DNA of 64,000 nucleotides from IMG/VR virus record IMGVR_UViG_3300043570_001980, positions 277,991-341,990 of that record, one strand, 5' to 3'. Positions 18,547 to 27,634 of this stretch are shown here, piece by piece. Position 1 is the first letter of the stretch, and each line of letters opens with the position of its first letter. A program made the position numbers and the translations under genes. The notes below the pieces were generated by a model. That model had not been told where the DNA came from, made no database searches, and worked only from the letters and a program-made list of their open reading frames with translations.

Positions 18547-19217
18547 CATACCAATGCCAGTATTGTAAAAAAGACTTTTCTAGAGAAAGTAGTTTGGCAG
18601 TACACGTCTGTGAACAAAAGAAACGTAGACAAGATCAGAATGAACGTGGAGTCCAACTGGGATTTCAAGCATATTTAAAATTCTACGAAGTCACACAAGG
18701 GTCAGCTAAATTAAAAACATTTGATGACTTTGCTGATAGTTCGTATTATCGAGCATTTGCTAAGTTTGGCAGATACTGTGTAGATATTCGAGCAATCAAT
18801 CCTGCAAGGTTCACCGAATGGGTGGTTAAACAAAATAAAAAACTTGATTATTGGTGCAAGGATACTATCTACACAGAATACCTGTTATGGTATCTTAAAA
18901 TTGAGTCTGTTAATGATGCATTGGCCAGGTCTATTGAACATAGTATTGACTGGGAAGAGAAGAATGGTCATGCATCAAAAGATTATCTAAGATACGGTAA
19001 CACTAATATAATTTGTCATGCAATTACTACTGGCAAGATCAGTCCCTGGGTAATTTACAACTGTGACAGTGGCCGGGAGTTCTTAAACGGACTTGATGAA
19101 AAACAAATTGCAATGATATGGTCATACATTGACGCAGATGTATGGCAACAAAAATTTAAAGATTATATGGCAGATCAAGAATACGCCAAGGACATTTTAT
19201 CAAAGGCAGGATGGTAA
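18543..19217 (+). CDS. Zinc-finger protein of unknown function
   Basis: YQCQYCKKDFSRESSLAVHVC (C2HC/C2H2-like finger). Confidence 0.65.
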   Translation: MTYQCQYCKKDFSRESSLAVHVCEQKKRRQDQNERGVQLGFQAYLKFYEVTQGSAKLKTFDDFADSSYYRAFAKFGRYCVDIRAINPARFTEWVVKQNKKLDYWCKDTIYTEYLLWYLKIESVNDALARSIEHSIDWEEKNGHASKDYLRYGNTNIICHAITTGKISPWVIYNCDSGREFLNGLDEKQIAMIWSYIDADVWQQKFKDYMADQEYAKDILSKAGW

Positions 19218-19816
19218 TGAGCGCAGATATCGACATTGACTTTGCTGACAGAGAAACAGTATTAAAATTAGTAAAGCACATTCCTGCACGACAATCAGTT
19301 AATGAACAAGTGCGTCGACACAACAGTGGTGTTTACGTTACTGATATTCCATTCGATCCAGTGAATCAGTGTGCTGCCATAGACTATGAAGAAGCCGAAC
19401 AACGTGGTTACTTTAAGATAGACTTTTTAAACATGAGTGTTTATCAGTTGGTTAAAAGTCCTGAACATTATGATCAAATGATCAAAACTGCACCTCCATG
19501 GACAAGACTATGGACAGATAACGCATGGGCTTCTCGGTTGGTACACGTCGGAAACTATACAGAATTGTTAAAGTCGATGCAACCAGATTCAATAGCTAGG
19601 ATGGCTGCGTTTATCAGTATTATTAGGCCAGGAAAAGCACACTTACAAAATAAAGATTGGAACACAGTCTTTGCTGGTGTGTGGGACGGAGATGATAGTC
19701 GCGGGTACACGTTTAAAAAATCACATGCAATTAGCTATGCTGTGTTAGTTGCCCTACACATGAATTTGCTACACGAAGCAGATCAACTTGAAAAATTAAT
19801 CAATCTTTCTGACTAG
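19217..19816 (+). CDS. Miniature DNA polymerase III alpha (DnaE)-like catalytic domain
   Basis: DIDIDF, HNSGVYV, GYFKIDFL, IRPGK, GYTFKKSHAISYA match the C-family motifs in order; start by TAATG coupling. Confidence 0.8.
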   Translation: MSADIDIDFADRETVLKLVKHIPARQSVNEQVRRHNSGVYVTDIPFDPVNQCAAIDYEEAEQRGYFKIDFLNMSVYQLVKSPEHYDQMIKTAPPWTRLWTDNAWASRLVHVGNYTELLKSMQPDSIARMAAFISIIRPGKAHLQNKDWNTVFAGVWDGDDSRGYTFKKSHAISYAVLVALHMNLLHEADQLEKLINLSD

Positions 19817-20173
19817 TGTAATTGATTTACGTTTACTTTTTCTGCGAGTGATATCACTTAAACTGCAAACAGGTCCGTGTAATATTTCAAGGTCTTTGTT
19901 GGCAAAAGTTCTTAAATATGGCTTAAATGGAGTCCACTCTGCTTTTAAGTATATGTTAATAGGTATACTGTGGTTACTTTCCCACCACCAATCATTGGCC
20001 AACTCAATAAACAGCTTTTTTAGTTCAGGGTCAGTAACATCACCAAAGTCGTAGATTGTTGTAATCGCGTCATCTCGATTTTGTATAATTCCCACGTATT
20101 CCGTCCCTGCATACAAGCACAGAGTTATAAACGGATACTTTTCAGTCAATTTTGTAAAGATATTATCACCCAT
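19796..20173 (-). CDS. Hypothetical protein
   Basis: ORF with basic C-terminus; minus-strand TATAAATA at 20213-20220. Confidence 0.65.
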   Translation of the reverse strand: MGDNIFTKLTEKYPFITLCLYAGTEYVGIIQNRDDAITTIYDFGDVTDPELKKLFIELANDWWWESNHSIPINIYLKAEWTPFKPYLRTFANKDLEILHGPVCSLSDITRRKSKRKSITLVRKID

Positions 20174-20194
20174 AAATATTAGTTGGAGATCCAA

Positions 20195-20986
20195 ATGTAT
20201 TCAACCACTGCCTATTTATATCAGCAAATCCAACAGGTAATTCTGATTGACACGTCAGGCATTGGCTCAACTTTTGATAGAAGGTGGCAACCAGTGTACG
20301 CAAAAGACTTAAAATTAAATTTAGGAGTGGATAATGTTATTTTATTCCAGTTCCTAAACCAGGACCAAAAACCTGTAAACATCACAGGCGCAACGTTTAC
20401 GTTCCGTATGATTAGTCAAAACGGAGAAAATTTGTTATATGCCAAAGAGCTTGTGACACTTAATGCACCAACAGGCAGAGCTAAAGTAACTGTCACTGCC
20501 GAAGAGACAACATATTTCCAAGCACAACCCGCTAGTTGGAGTTTAGAAATTACGTCAGGTGTTTTAAATCAAGCAGTATTCACAGACGACTATGCCGGCG
20601 CCCGTGGTAATATTGATATTGTAGACAGCGTATTTCCAGCTTTTGTTGCCAGCCAAGAATTAACTATCCCAAGCCAAGCCCCTGACAGTTCTATCCATTA
20701 CACCAGTACAATTACCACAAATGGTACACGTATTACTACATTTCAAATTGATCCAGTGGACTTTACTGGCACACTTCAAGTACAAGGGTCATCAGATGCC
20801 ACAGCTAATACTGTTGAGTGGTATGACGTGGACTTTGAAGATTTAAAAACAGGTAATACTGTTTCAGAAATAAACTTCATTCATGCAATTGAAAGATTGG
20901 GTATCAATGTTGAAGGATATCATCCTTATCTAAGATTATCATTTGGCATGTCCGACGGGAACATTGATTTAATACAGTACCGATGA
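20195..20986 (+). CDS. Probable virion structural protein (BppU-like N-terminal domain)
   Basis: GVDN..FQFLNQDQKPVNITG..FTFR; late core TAAATA at 20173-20178 and GGAG SD. Confidence 0.55.
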   Translation: MYSTTAYLYQQIQQVILIDTSGIGSTFDRRWQPVYAKDLKLNLGVDNVILFQFLNQDQKPVNITGATFTFRMISQNGENLLYAKELVTLNAPTGRAKVTVTAEETTYFQAQPASWSLEITSGVLNQAVFTDDYAGARGNIDIVDSVFPAFVASQELTIPSQAPDSSIHYTSTITTNGTRITTFQIDPVDFTGTLQVQGSSDATANTVEWYDVDFEDLKTGNTVSEINFIHAIERLGINVEGYHPYLRLSFGMSDGNIDLIQYR

Positions 20987-21720
20987 AATTTAAAAAAATT
21001 GTTGGATTTGGGGACAGTTGGGTCTGGGGCGACGAGTTAATTGATCCAGAGTTGTTAAAACACAATTCTGATGCGCATCCAAGTCTAGTAGAGAATACGT
21101 CTTATCGTGAACGAAAATGCTTCCTGGGATTACTTGGTAGACATTATCAATTGCCCACAAAAAACTTTGGCATACCCGGCGGCAGTTTACAAAGCACCAT
21201 GTGGACTTTTTTGTGGTGGTTACGCAACGAACCCAGTCCCGAAGAATGTATTGTTCTAGTAGGATTAACCGAAGGTAGTCGAATGAGTTTTTATAACCCT
21301 AGTCATGAAACTTACCCTAATGCTCCTACGTGGGATAGATTTGTTCACAGTTCGTGGGTACATGCTGGAGTCCAAGACGGTGCTGTGACTCGCGAATGGA
21401 CCGATATGATTAAACGATACATGGTACTGAGTGAAAGTGATCCATTGTCAATGCTAAACTACGAACAAGCGTTGTACTTTTTTGATGGTGTGGCAGCCAG
21501 AAGAAATCTACCAATGTTGATCTGGGACATAAGCCCGCCACAAGAAGAAATTACAGTTCCTTCTAAGATATTGCCAGGATTTAATTTTGTACATTGGCTA
21601 CGACGACATCCAAACGAAATGGAATTAACGTTTCCGGGCGGCCACCCTAATGAAAACGGACACATAATACTGCGAGATATGTTGCAACAAGAGATAGATT
21701 GTGTTATAATGTCTAAGTGA
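20983..21720 (+). CDS. SGNH/GDSL hydrolase-family protein
   Basis: FGDSW block I, NFGIPGGS, GGHPNENGH block V. Confidence 0.75.
   Translation: MKFKKIVGFGDSWVWGDELIDPELLKHNSDAHPSLVENTSYRERKCFLGLLGRHYQLPTKNFGIPGGSLQSTMWTFLWWLRNEPSPEECIVLVGLTEGSRMSFYNPSHETYPNAPTWDRFVHSSWVHAGVQDGAVTREWTDMIKRYMVLSESDPLSMLNYEQALYFFDGVAARRNLPMLIWDISPPQEEITVPSKILPGFNFVHWLRRHPNEMELTFPGGHPNENGHIILRDMLQQEIDCVIMSK
21682..21710 (+). promoter_or_regulatory. Sigma70-type promoter for primase, predicted leaderless
   Basis: TTGCAA-17-TATAAT, GTG start 6 nt downstream. Confidence 0.55.
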
Positions 21721-22706
21721 TAGACATAATCAATTACCTGCCTGCTAAAAGAAAAACTAGTCCACAGGGCTGGACTAGTTTTAATGCTGTGTGTTGCACC
21801 CATAATGGTAACTCACAAGACAAACGTGGCCGAGGCGGCATCAAAGTCACCGACCAAGGTTGGAGTTACCACTGCTTCAATTGCGGCTACACAGCTAGCT
21901 TTGTACTAGGGCGTACTTTAAGTTTTAAAGCCAAACGATTGCTAGGTTGGATGGGTGTGCCGGACAACGAGATTGAAATGCTCAATCTTGAAAGTCTAAG
22001 ACATCGCAACATACACGGAATTTTAGAAGATAGACAACGAGTATCCAACACACTGAGCGCAATTGAGTTTGGTGAGTCCGATGACTTTCCGCCTTACGCA
22101 GAAGTAGTTACTCCAGAATTTCCAACATACTGGGACTACATCCGCCATCGCGGCGTGCCAGAAGATTTTCCTGTAATGACTTCTATCAAGACTGATGGAG
22201 TTCATTGGACCAGACCGTATGTGTTGATACCGTTTACATACGACAACAAAGTAATAGGTTGGTGTGCTAGATTCTTAGATAACAAGATTCCCAAGTATAT
22301 CAATCATAGCCAACCGGGCTATGTATTTGGCACAGACCTACAACATAATGACTGGCAGTATGTGATTGTTACAGAAGGTATATTTGATGCACTAAGCATT
22401 AGCGGCCTTGCACTAATGCACAACACCATCAGCGACAGTCAAGCTAGACTGATACGTAGCTTGGGCAAGGAAGTAGTTGTGGTTCCGGACCAAGACACAG
22501 CAGGTGTAGAACTGATTGACCGTGCTGTAGAATTAGGATATAGTGTTAGTATACCTACATGGCCAGACGACTGTAAAGACGTTAATGATGCAGTGATAAA
22601 GTTGGGCAAGTTAGGAGCCTTGCTAACTATTATGCAAGCAAAAGAGACCAGTAAGATAAAAATTGAAATAAGGAAAAAGCAACTTGTTAAAAGATTACGG
22701 ACTTGA
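21717..22706 (+). CDS. DNA primase (T4 gp61-like)
   Basis: Zn-binding CC..H / YHCFNC; TOPRIM motifs VTEGIFD, PDQD, KDVND. Confidence 0.9.
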   Translation: MIDIINYLPAKRKTSPQGWTSFNAVCCTHNGNSQDKRGRGGIKVTDQGWSYHCFNCGYTASFVLGRTLSFKAKRLLGWMGVPDNEIEMLNLESLRHRNIHGILEDRQRVSNTLSAIEFGESDDFPPYAEVVTPEFPTYWDYIRHRGVPEDFPVMTSIKTDGVHWTRPYVLIPFTYDNKVIGWCARFLDNKIPKYINHSQPGYVFGTDLQHNDWQYVIVTEGIFDALSISGLALMHNTISDSQARLIRSLGKEVVVVPDQDTAGVELIDRAVELGYSVSIPTWPDDCKDVNDAVIKLGKLGALLTIMQAKETSKIKIEIRKKQLVKRLRT

Positions 22707-24126
22707 TGTCCAACGATTATTCCTAGAGATGATGTTAGAAGACGCATCGAGTTATGTGCGTGTTCAAAATATTTATAACCCAGCAAACTTTGACAAGAGT
22801 TTGAGACCTGCGGCTGAGTTCATTAAAGAACACTCAGACAAGCACAAGACCATGCCAGACAGGCTGCAGATTTCAGCCACCACAGGCGTTAAACTTGCAC
22901 CAGTGCCGGACTTGAACGAAGGTCATTACGATTGGTTCATGGGCGAGTTTGAATTGTTTACTAAACGTCAGGAACTTGAACGTGCTATTCTTAAATCAGC
23001 AGACTTGTTAGAAAAAGGCGAGTTTGAACCAGTTGAGAAACTGATCAAAGATGCTGTGCAGATTAGTTTAACCAAAGACATGGGCACAGACTACTTTGCT
23101 GATCCTGCGGCTCGCATCAACAAATACTTTAATTCAGGTGGACAAGTGTCAACAGGATGGCCACAACTGGACAAGTTGTTGTATGGTGGATTCAGTCGCG
23201 GTGAACTAAACATCTTTGCAGGTGGATCAGGATCTGGCAAATCACTTGTGATGATGAACATTGCATTAAACTGGTTGCAACAAGGTCTCAGTGGAGTATA
23301 CATTACACTAGAACTTTCGGAAGAGCTTACTAGTTTAAGAACAGATGCTATGTTAACCAGCATGAGTACCAAAGACATCCGCAAAGACATTGACACTACT
23401 ACAATGAAGGTTCGCCTGGTCAGTAAAAAATCTGGTCAATATCGAGTCAAGGCATTGCCGGCACAGAGCAACATTAATGATATCCGCAGTTATGTCAAAG
23501 AAGTGCAGATACAAACAGGTATCAAAATTGACTTTATGATGATTGACTATCTGGACTTGTTGATGCCTGTTAGTGCAAAGGTCAGTCCAAACGATTTGTT
23601 TGTAAAAGACAAGTATGTGAGTGAAGAACTACGAAACTTGGCCAAAGAGCTAGGTATGTTAATGGTAACAGCGTCACAGTTGAATCGTAGTGCTGTGGAA
23701 GAAATTGAGTTTGATCACTCGCACATTTCAGGTGGTATTTCCAAGATTAATACTGCTGACAACGTGTTTGGTATCTTTACGTCACGTGCTATGAAAGAGC
23801 GTGGCAAGTATCAGATCCAGTGTATGAAAAGTCGTAGTTCTACAGGCGTAGGACAAAAGATTGATTTGGAATACAACATTGAAACCATGCGTATTACTGA
23901 CCCAGGAGTGTCTGACAACGATAATTTCCGTGGCGGTGCAAAACCTAGTATCATGGACTCATTCAAAACAAAAAGTACAGTAACTGACAATACGGCTGAA
24001 ACCACATCATCAACTAAATGGGAAAGGCCTACAGGAACACCAGCATGGGAACAACCACCTAAGGTATCAGCTGATGTGCAAAGTGCCAAATTAAAACAAC
24101 TGTTGGGACAAATTAAACAGTCATGA
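22684..24126 (+). CDS. Replicative DnaB-type helicase (T4 gp41-like)
   Basis: GGSGSGKS, ITLEL, IDYLDL, TASQLNR, KSR motifs. Confidence 0.93.
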   Translation: MLKDYGLDVQRLFLEMMLEDASSYVRVQNIYNPANFDKSLRPAAEFIKEHSDKHKTMPDRLQISATTGVKLAPVPDLNEGHYDWFMGEFELFTKRQELERAILKSADLLEKGEFEPVEKLIKDAVQISLTKDMGTDYFADPAARINKYFNSGGQVSTGWPQLDKLLYGGFSRGELNIFAGGSGSGKSLVMMNIALNWLQQGLSGVYITLELSEELTSLRTDAMLTSMSTKDIRKDIDTTTMKVRLVSKKSGQYRVKALPAQSNINDIRSYVKEVQIQTGIKIDFMMIDYLDLLMPVSAKVSPNDLFVKDKYVSEELRNLAKELGMLMVTASQLNRSAVEEIEFDHSHISGGISKINTADNVFGIFTSRAMKERGKYQIQCMKSRSSTGVGQKIDLEYNIETMRITDPGVSDNDNFRGGAKPSIMDSFKTKSTVTDNTAETTSSTKWERPTGTPAWEQPPKVSADVQSAKLKQLLGQIKQS

Positions 24127-25259
24127 AATACTGCCCGGATGTTTGGAAAAGTTTATACATAGAGAAAAAATCTAAAAATACAATCGGTGTGGGATTTTGT
24201 TGTCAAAATCAGGTTGTTTACATTCCGGCCAATATAGAAGAGCTTCGCTCAACTATAGAAAAAAAACAACACGATTTTAAAAACAATTCAGAACCGACGC
24301 AATGTAACAATTGCTGGAGAATTGAAAAAACTGGATCACCCAGTCGCAGGCATGCTTCGATTGATTGGTTTGATAATAATCAGATAGATAATAATACCGA
24401 CAACAAACTAATATCTCTAGATTGGAATAGTGAAAATGTTTGCAATCTTGCATGTATTTCCTGTGGCCCAAAGTATAGCAGTCGCTGGCGTCAAGAAATT
24501 TTAAATTATAGTTTTAACAACCTGTCGTCAGAAAAATATATTAACAATCTTAAAGATAATAAATTTTGGAAATCGTTAGATTTGCGCCATCTTAAAAGAT
24601 TATATTTTAACGGAGGCGAACCGTTGATGAATTCTGATCACAAAGAAATATTGTCTCATCTAAGAGAGATAGGACAGTTATCAGAACTTGAGCTTTCTTA
24701 TAATACCAACGGAACAATTATTCCCAACGACGAAGTATTAGATTATTGGAAAAATGTTGGACTACTGAGAATTTCTATTAGCATAGATGCAACTACTCAA
24801 GCTTTTGATTTTATACGTTGGCCCGCCAAATGGGAGCAAATTTTAACTTTTATTGAATTTATAAATCAGCAATCATTTAATATCATTATTGATATAACTT
24901 GCACAGTTGGCATCCACAATATTTTAGAAGTTGATAAATTAATTGCATGGCAAAAAACTAATTTATCAACCAATGCGCAAGGAGATCCAGTAGGTCTTAA
25001 TTTTCAAATGGCTGGCCCAATCAGCCACGGTGGAACTGTACTAAAATTAAATACTATCAGTAAAAATCTTGCCACATGCATATTACCGCAATTAATTGAA
25101 ATAAAAAAATACGGCATCTGGTCAGCCATTGAGAATAGCTTATTAAATGCCAACGGTAATGACTTGTGGGTTGAGTACTTAGATGAACTGTCTGCTCGAC
25201 GACATATTAACTGGAAAGATCAGTTACCAACATTGGCAGAATCATTGAGAATTTCTTAA
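24123..25259 (+). CDS. Radical SAM protein with an N-terminal twitch/SPASM-like Cys cluster
   Basis: CPDVW..CC..CNNCW; CNLACISC; GGEP; TNG; SIDA..IRWP. Confidence 0.88.
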   Translation: MKYCPDVWKSLYIEKKSKNTIGVGFCCQNQVVYIPANIEELRSTIEKKQHDFKNNSEPTQCNNCWRIEKTGSPSRRHASIDWFDNNQIDNNTDNKLISLDWNSENVCNLACISCGPKYSSRWRQEILNYSFNNLSSEKYINNLKDNKFWKSLDLRHLKRLYFNGGEPLMNSDHKEILSHLREIGQLSELELSYNTNGTIIPNDEVLDYWKNVGLLRISISIDATTQAFDFIRWPAKWEQILTFIEFINQQSFNIIIDITCTVGIHNILEVDKLIAWQKTNLSTNAQGDPVGLNFQMAGPISHGGTVLKLNTISKNLATCILPQLIEIKKYGIWSAIENSLLNANGNDLWVEYLDELSARRHINWKDQLPTLAESLRIS

Positions 25260-25263
25260 ATTA

Positions 25264-26325
25264 TCAAAACAAATTAACAAGTTCTGGCAGATAGTCTTTG
25301 ATTAAGATATTCTTTGAAGAATCTTGTAATTTGATATTTTCCAACATTAAATTAAAATTTTGTTGGTCTTGGTCTGTGTGTACTGCCCCCACAAACATGT
25401 TATAGTCCATTGGTCTGAGCTTTTCTTTAAGCACTTGTTTGATGTCTGCGGACAAGGCTCTCGGTTGTAACCATTTTGGATTATAAATTGGATTTACAGA
25501 ATATACTATATTATTTTGGTCAAACCATTTTTTTGTTTGGTTATGGTACAGCACATTCAAGTTACTTAATGTGTAATTTGAACTAACATTTTTTGAAATT
25601 TCTTTAAAGAATTGAAGATTTTGGTTCAGCTGGTCCCATTTCAATGGAAATCTGAGATACTCGAACACAGGTCCGACTCCGTCGATACTGAGAGAAAAAT
25701 TAAGATTTTTAAATTTTGACAGTATTCTTTTTTGTTTATCTGACAGTACAACACTTCCGTTTGTTATCATACTTACAAATAGTTGATCGTTACCTGTATC
25801 AATTAAATGTTCTAATAATTCGAAGTTTTTCTTTTCGTACAGCGGTTCACCACCTAGCAAACTTAGCATTTTTAATTCTTTAAAATCTACATCTTGTTTG
25901 ATTTTTTCTATGTCAATGAATTTGTATTTTTTAATTGGTATAGTTGGGTCTGTCTGACGATCGAGTTGTGCCCAACTACTACTGGCTCCGGCGCCACAGC
26001 TTACACAGGTAGCATTACAGGTGTAACTGGTTGTTAATTTTAGTATGCGGGTAGGAGTAATACCGTGTGTGGCATCTTGTATGATTTTTGTTAAGTCTTT
26101 ATCCCAATAAAAATCTAAAGATTTGTTTTTAACCTGACGATCACTTTTTAAACCTTGATCTTCCAATGACCAGCATTTTTGACAAGCAGATGATCTTTGA
26201 CCAGATAATAAATCTTTTTTAATTTCTTCAAGATTGTGATTCTTGGGCAATAAACAACAGGGTGTTTTGTTATTGTTATAATCAATTTCTTTACTAAACC
26301 ACGGTAATACGCAAAATGTATCCAT
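25264..26325 (-). CDS. Radical SAM protein with an N-terminal twitch/SPASM-like Cys cluster (paralog)
   Basis: CVLPW..CC..CQKCW; CNATCVSC; GGEP; TNG; SIDG..LRFP; minus-strand TAAATA 26330-26335 lies 4 nt from the ATG. Confidence 0.88.
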   Translation of the reverse strand: MDTFCVLPWFSKEIDYNNNKTPCCLLPKNHNLEEIKKDLLSGQRSSACQKCWSLEDQGLKSDRQVKNKSLDFYWDKDLTKIIQDATHGITPTRILKLTTSYTCNATCVSCGAGASSSWAQLDRQTDPTIPIKKYKFIDIEKIKQDVDFKELKMLSLLGGEPLYEKKNFELLEHLIDTGNDQLFVSMITNGSVVLSDKQKRILSKFKNLNFSLSIDGVGPVFEYLRFPLKWDQLNQNLQFFKEISKNVSSNYTLSNLNVLYHNQTKKWFDQNNIVYSVNPIYNPKWLQPRALSADIKQVLKEKLRPMDYNMFVGAVHTDQDQQNFNLMLENIKLQDSSKNILIKDYLPELVNLF

Positions 26326-26388
26326 ATTGTATTTACAGACAAACTATGTTATAATCAAATAAATAATATCAAAGGTCCTGAGCAAATT

Positions 26389-26649
26389 ATGCAAAAGAAA
26401 ACACGTAGCATTCTTGAAGAATTAGATGGTTTATACAATGATCGACATAAAGATCAGGATAAACGCTATATCATTGAAAGCCGAGCTGACCATGTTATAG
26501 CATCTGCTATAAGATTGATTGAACAAATCGAGTCATCATTTACGCCTGAGCAGTCAGAAAATCTAATTCGTAAACTGTTCAATGCTATGCGGGACAAAGA
26601 CCCAAGTAAATTTACTAGAACAGTGAGAAGAACAAATGCAGATTCATGA
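26389..26649 (+). CDS. Hypothetical late protein
   Basis: 86 aa, TAAATA at 26360-26365 upstream. Confidence 0.65.
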   Translation: MQKKTRSILEELDGLYNDRHKDQDKRYIIESRADHVIASAIRLIEQIESSFTPEQSENLIRKLFNAMRDKDPSKFTRTVRRTNADS

Positions 26650-27634
26650 GCTAACAAAACTTACCGAAGCAGGTGTTATGGATTATTTAAAAGCGGCTGT
26701 GAGCCGTGATCCTGCATTGGCAAACATGAGCTACGATCAAAAAATCAAAGCCATGCAAAACGACGAGTCAATGAAAAAGTTAGCACAAGTTGCCTCTCAA
26801 AATTGGATTAACAAAACTGTAAATCTGCAACGTGCTAATATGGGACAACCCATTAGTGATCAGGAATATACTGCTAACCTTACTGATTTTGTTAACAAAG
26901 TTATGCTAGGTGGTCAAATGAATCAACTTGACCCAACCAGCAAAGCCCGTGTAGATCAAGCCATTCAGTATGTTGCATCTAAGAAAAATACTCCCAAGGA
27001 GTTACCTGCGGCATTTCAGTCGTTGGCAGTTAGAACTAGTGCCGCACGTATGCAACAAAGACAACCCAAAGGTCAACGCGGCGGAAATAATCCTGCAAAG
27101 CCACCAGCAACAACACCAACAACAGCTACTACTCCAACAACAGCTACTACTCCAGCAACGCCACCGGCTACTACTCCAGCAACACCAACAACAGCTACTA
27201 CTCCGGCAACGCCTGCTCAACCAACACCTGCACAAATTAGACAACAAAAGCAAGCGTCCGCTGCCACCACTGCACAACAACAAATGGCGCCTAATCCAAC
27301 TACTACACCAGCACAAACACCTGCACAAATTAGACAACAAAAGCAAACCGCTGCCGCCGGTACCGCACAGCAACAAATGGCAAGCGGCACAACTCCAACG
27401 GCAACTCCTGCGTCTGCCCCGGCAGCACCAGTAAAACCAAATTCAAATGAGTTTGCAGAAAAGATTACCAAGATGTTTGATGAGTTTGCAGATGCTGATG
27501 GATCCACTGGCTCTCCAGCTGTGAGATCAGCCATACGAAATATGTGGATGCGCACAGGAGGTACTGACTTAAAAGAGAGTAGAGTCAAGAAAAAGAAAAA
27601 AACAACAGTGGTTGAATCTAAAGGTAAAAAATGA
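26636..27634 (+). CDS. Probable internal head protein with a P/A/T/Q low-complexity linker
   Basis: N-terminus MQIHELTKLTEAG, LKES near the C-terminus, repeat-rich middle. Confidence 0.6.
   Translation: MQIHELTKLTEAGVMDYLKAAVSRDPALANMSYDQKIKAMQNDESMKKLAQVASQNWINKTVNLQRANMGQPISDQEYTANLTDFVNKVMLGGQMNQLDPTSKARVDQAIQYVASKKNTPKELPAAFQSLAVRTSAARMQQRQPKGQRGGNNPAKPPATTPTTATTPTTATTPATPPATTPATPTTATTPATPAQPTPAQIRQQKQASAATTAQQQMAPNPTTTPAQTPAQIRQQKQTAAAGTAQQQMASGTTPTATPASAPAAPVKPNSNEFAEKITKMFDEFADADGSTGSPAVRSAIRNMWMRTGGTDLKESRVKKKKKTTVVESKGKK
27100..27381 (+). repeat. Coding tandem repeats
   Basis: TTATTP-type repeats, then two copies of ACACCTGCACAAATTAGACAACAAAAGCAA at 27224 and 27317 (93-bp period). 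Confidence 0.85.

Noticed and set aside
19217-19816. Mini-DnaE as a pseudogene fragment
   Set aside because: Motifs from distant parts of DnaE are joined in one clean frame with catalytic residues intact and a coupled start; no flanking remnants are seen
26970-27588. Alternative-frame and antisense ORFs rich in Q/L or C
   Set aside because: Shadows of the low-complexity P/A/T/Q repeat in 26636-27634
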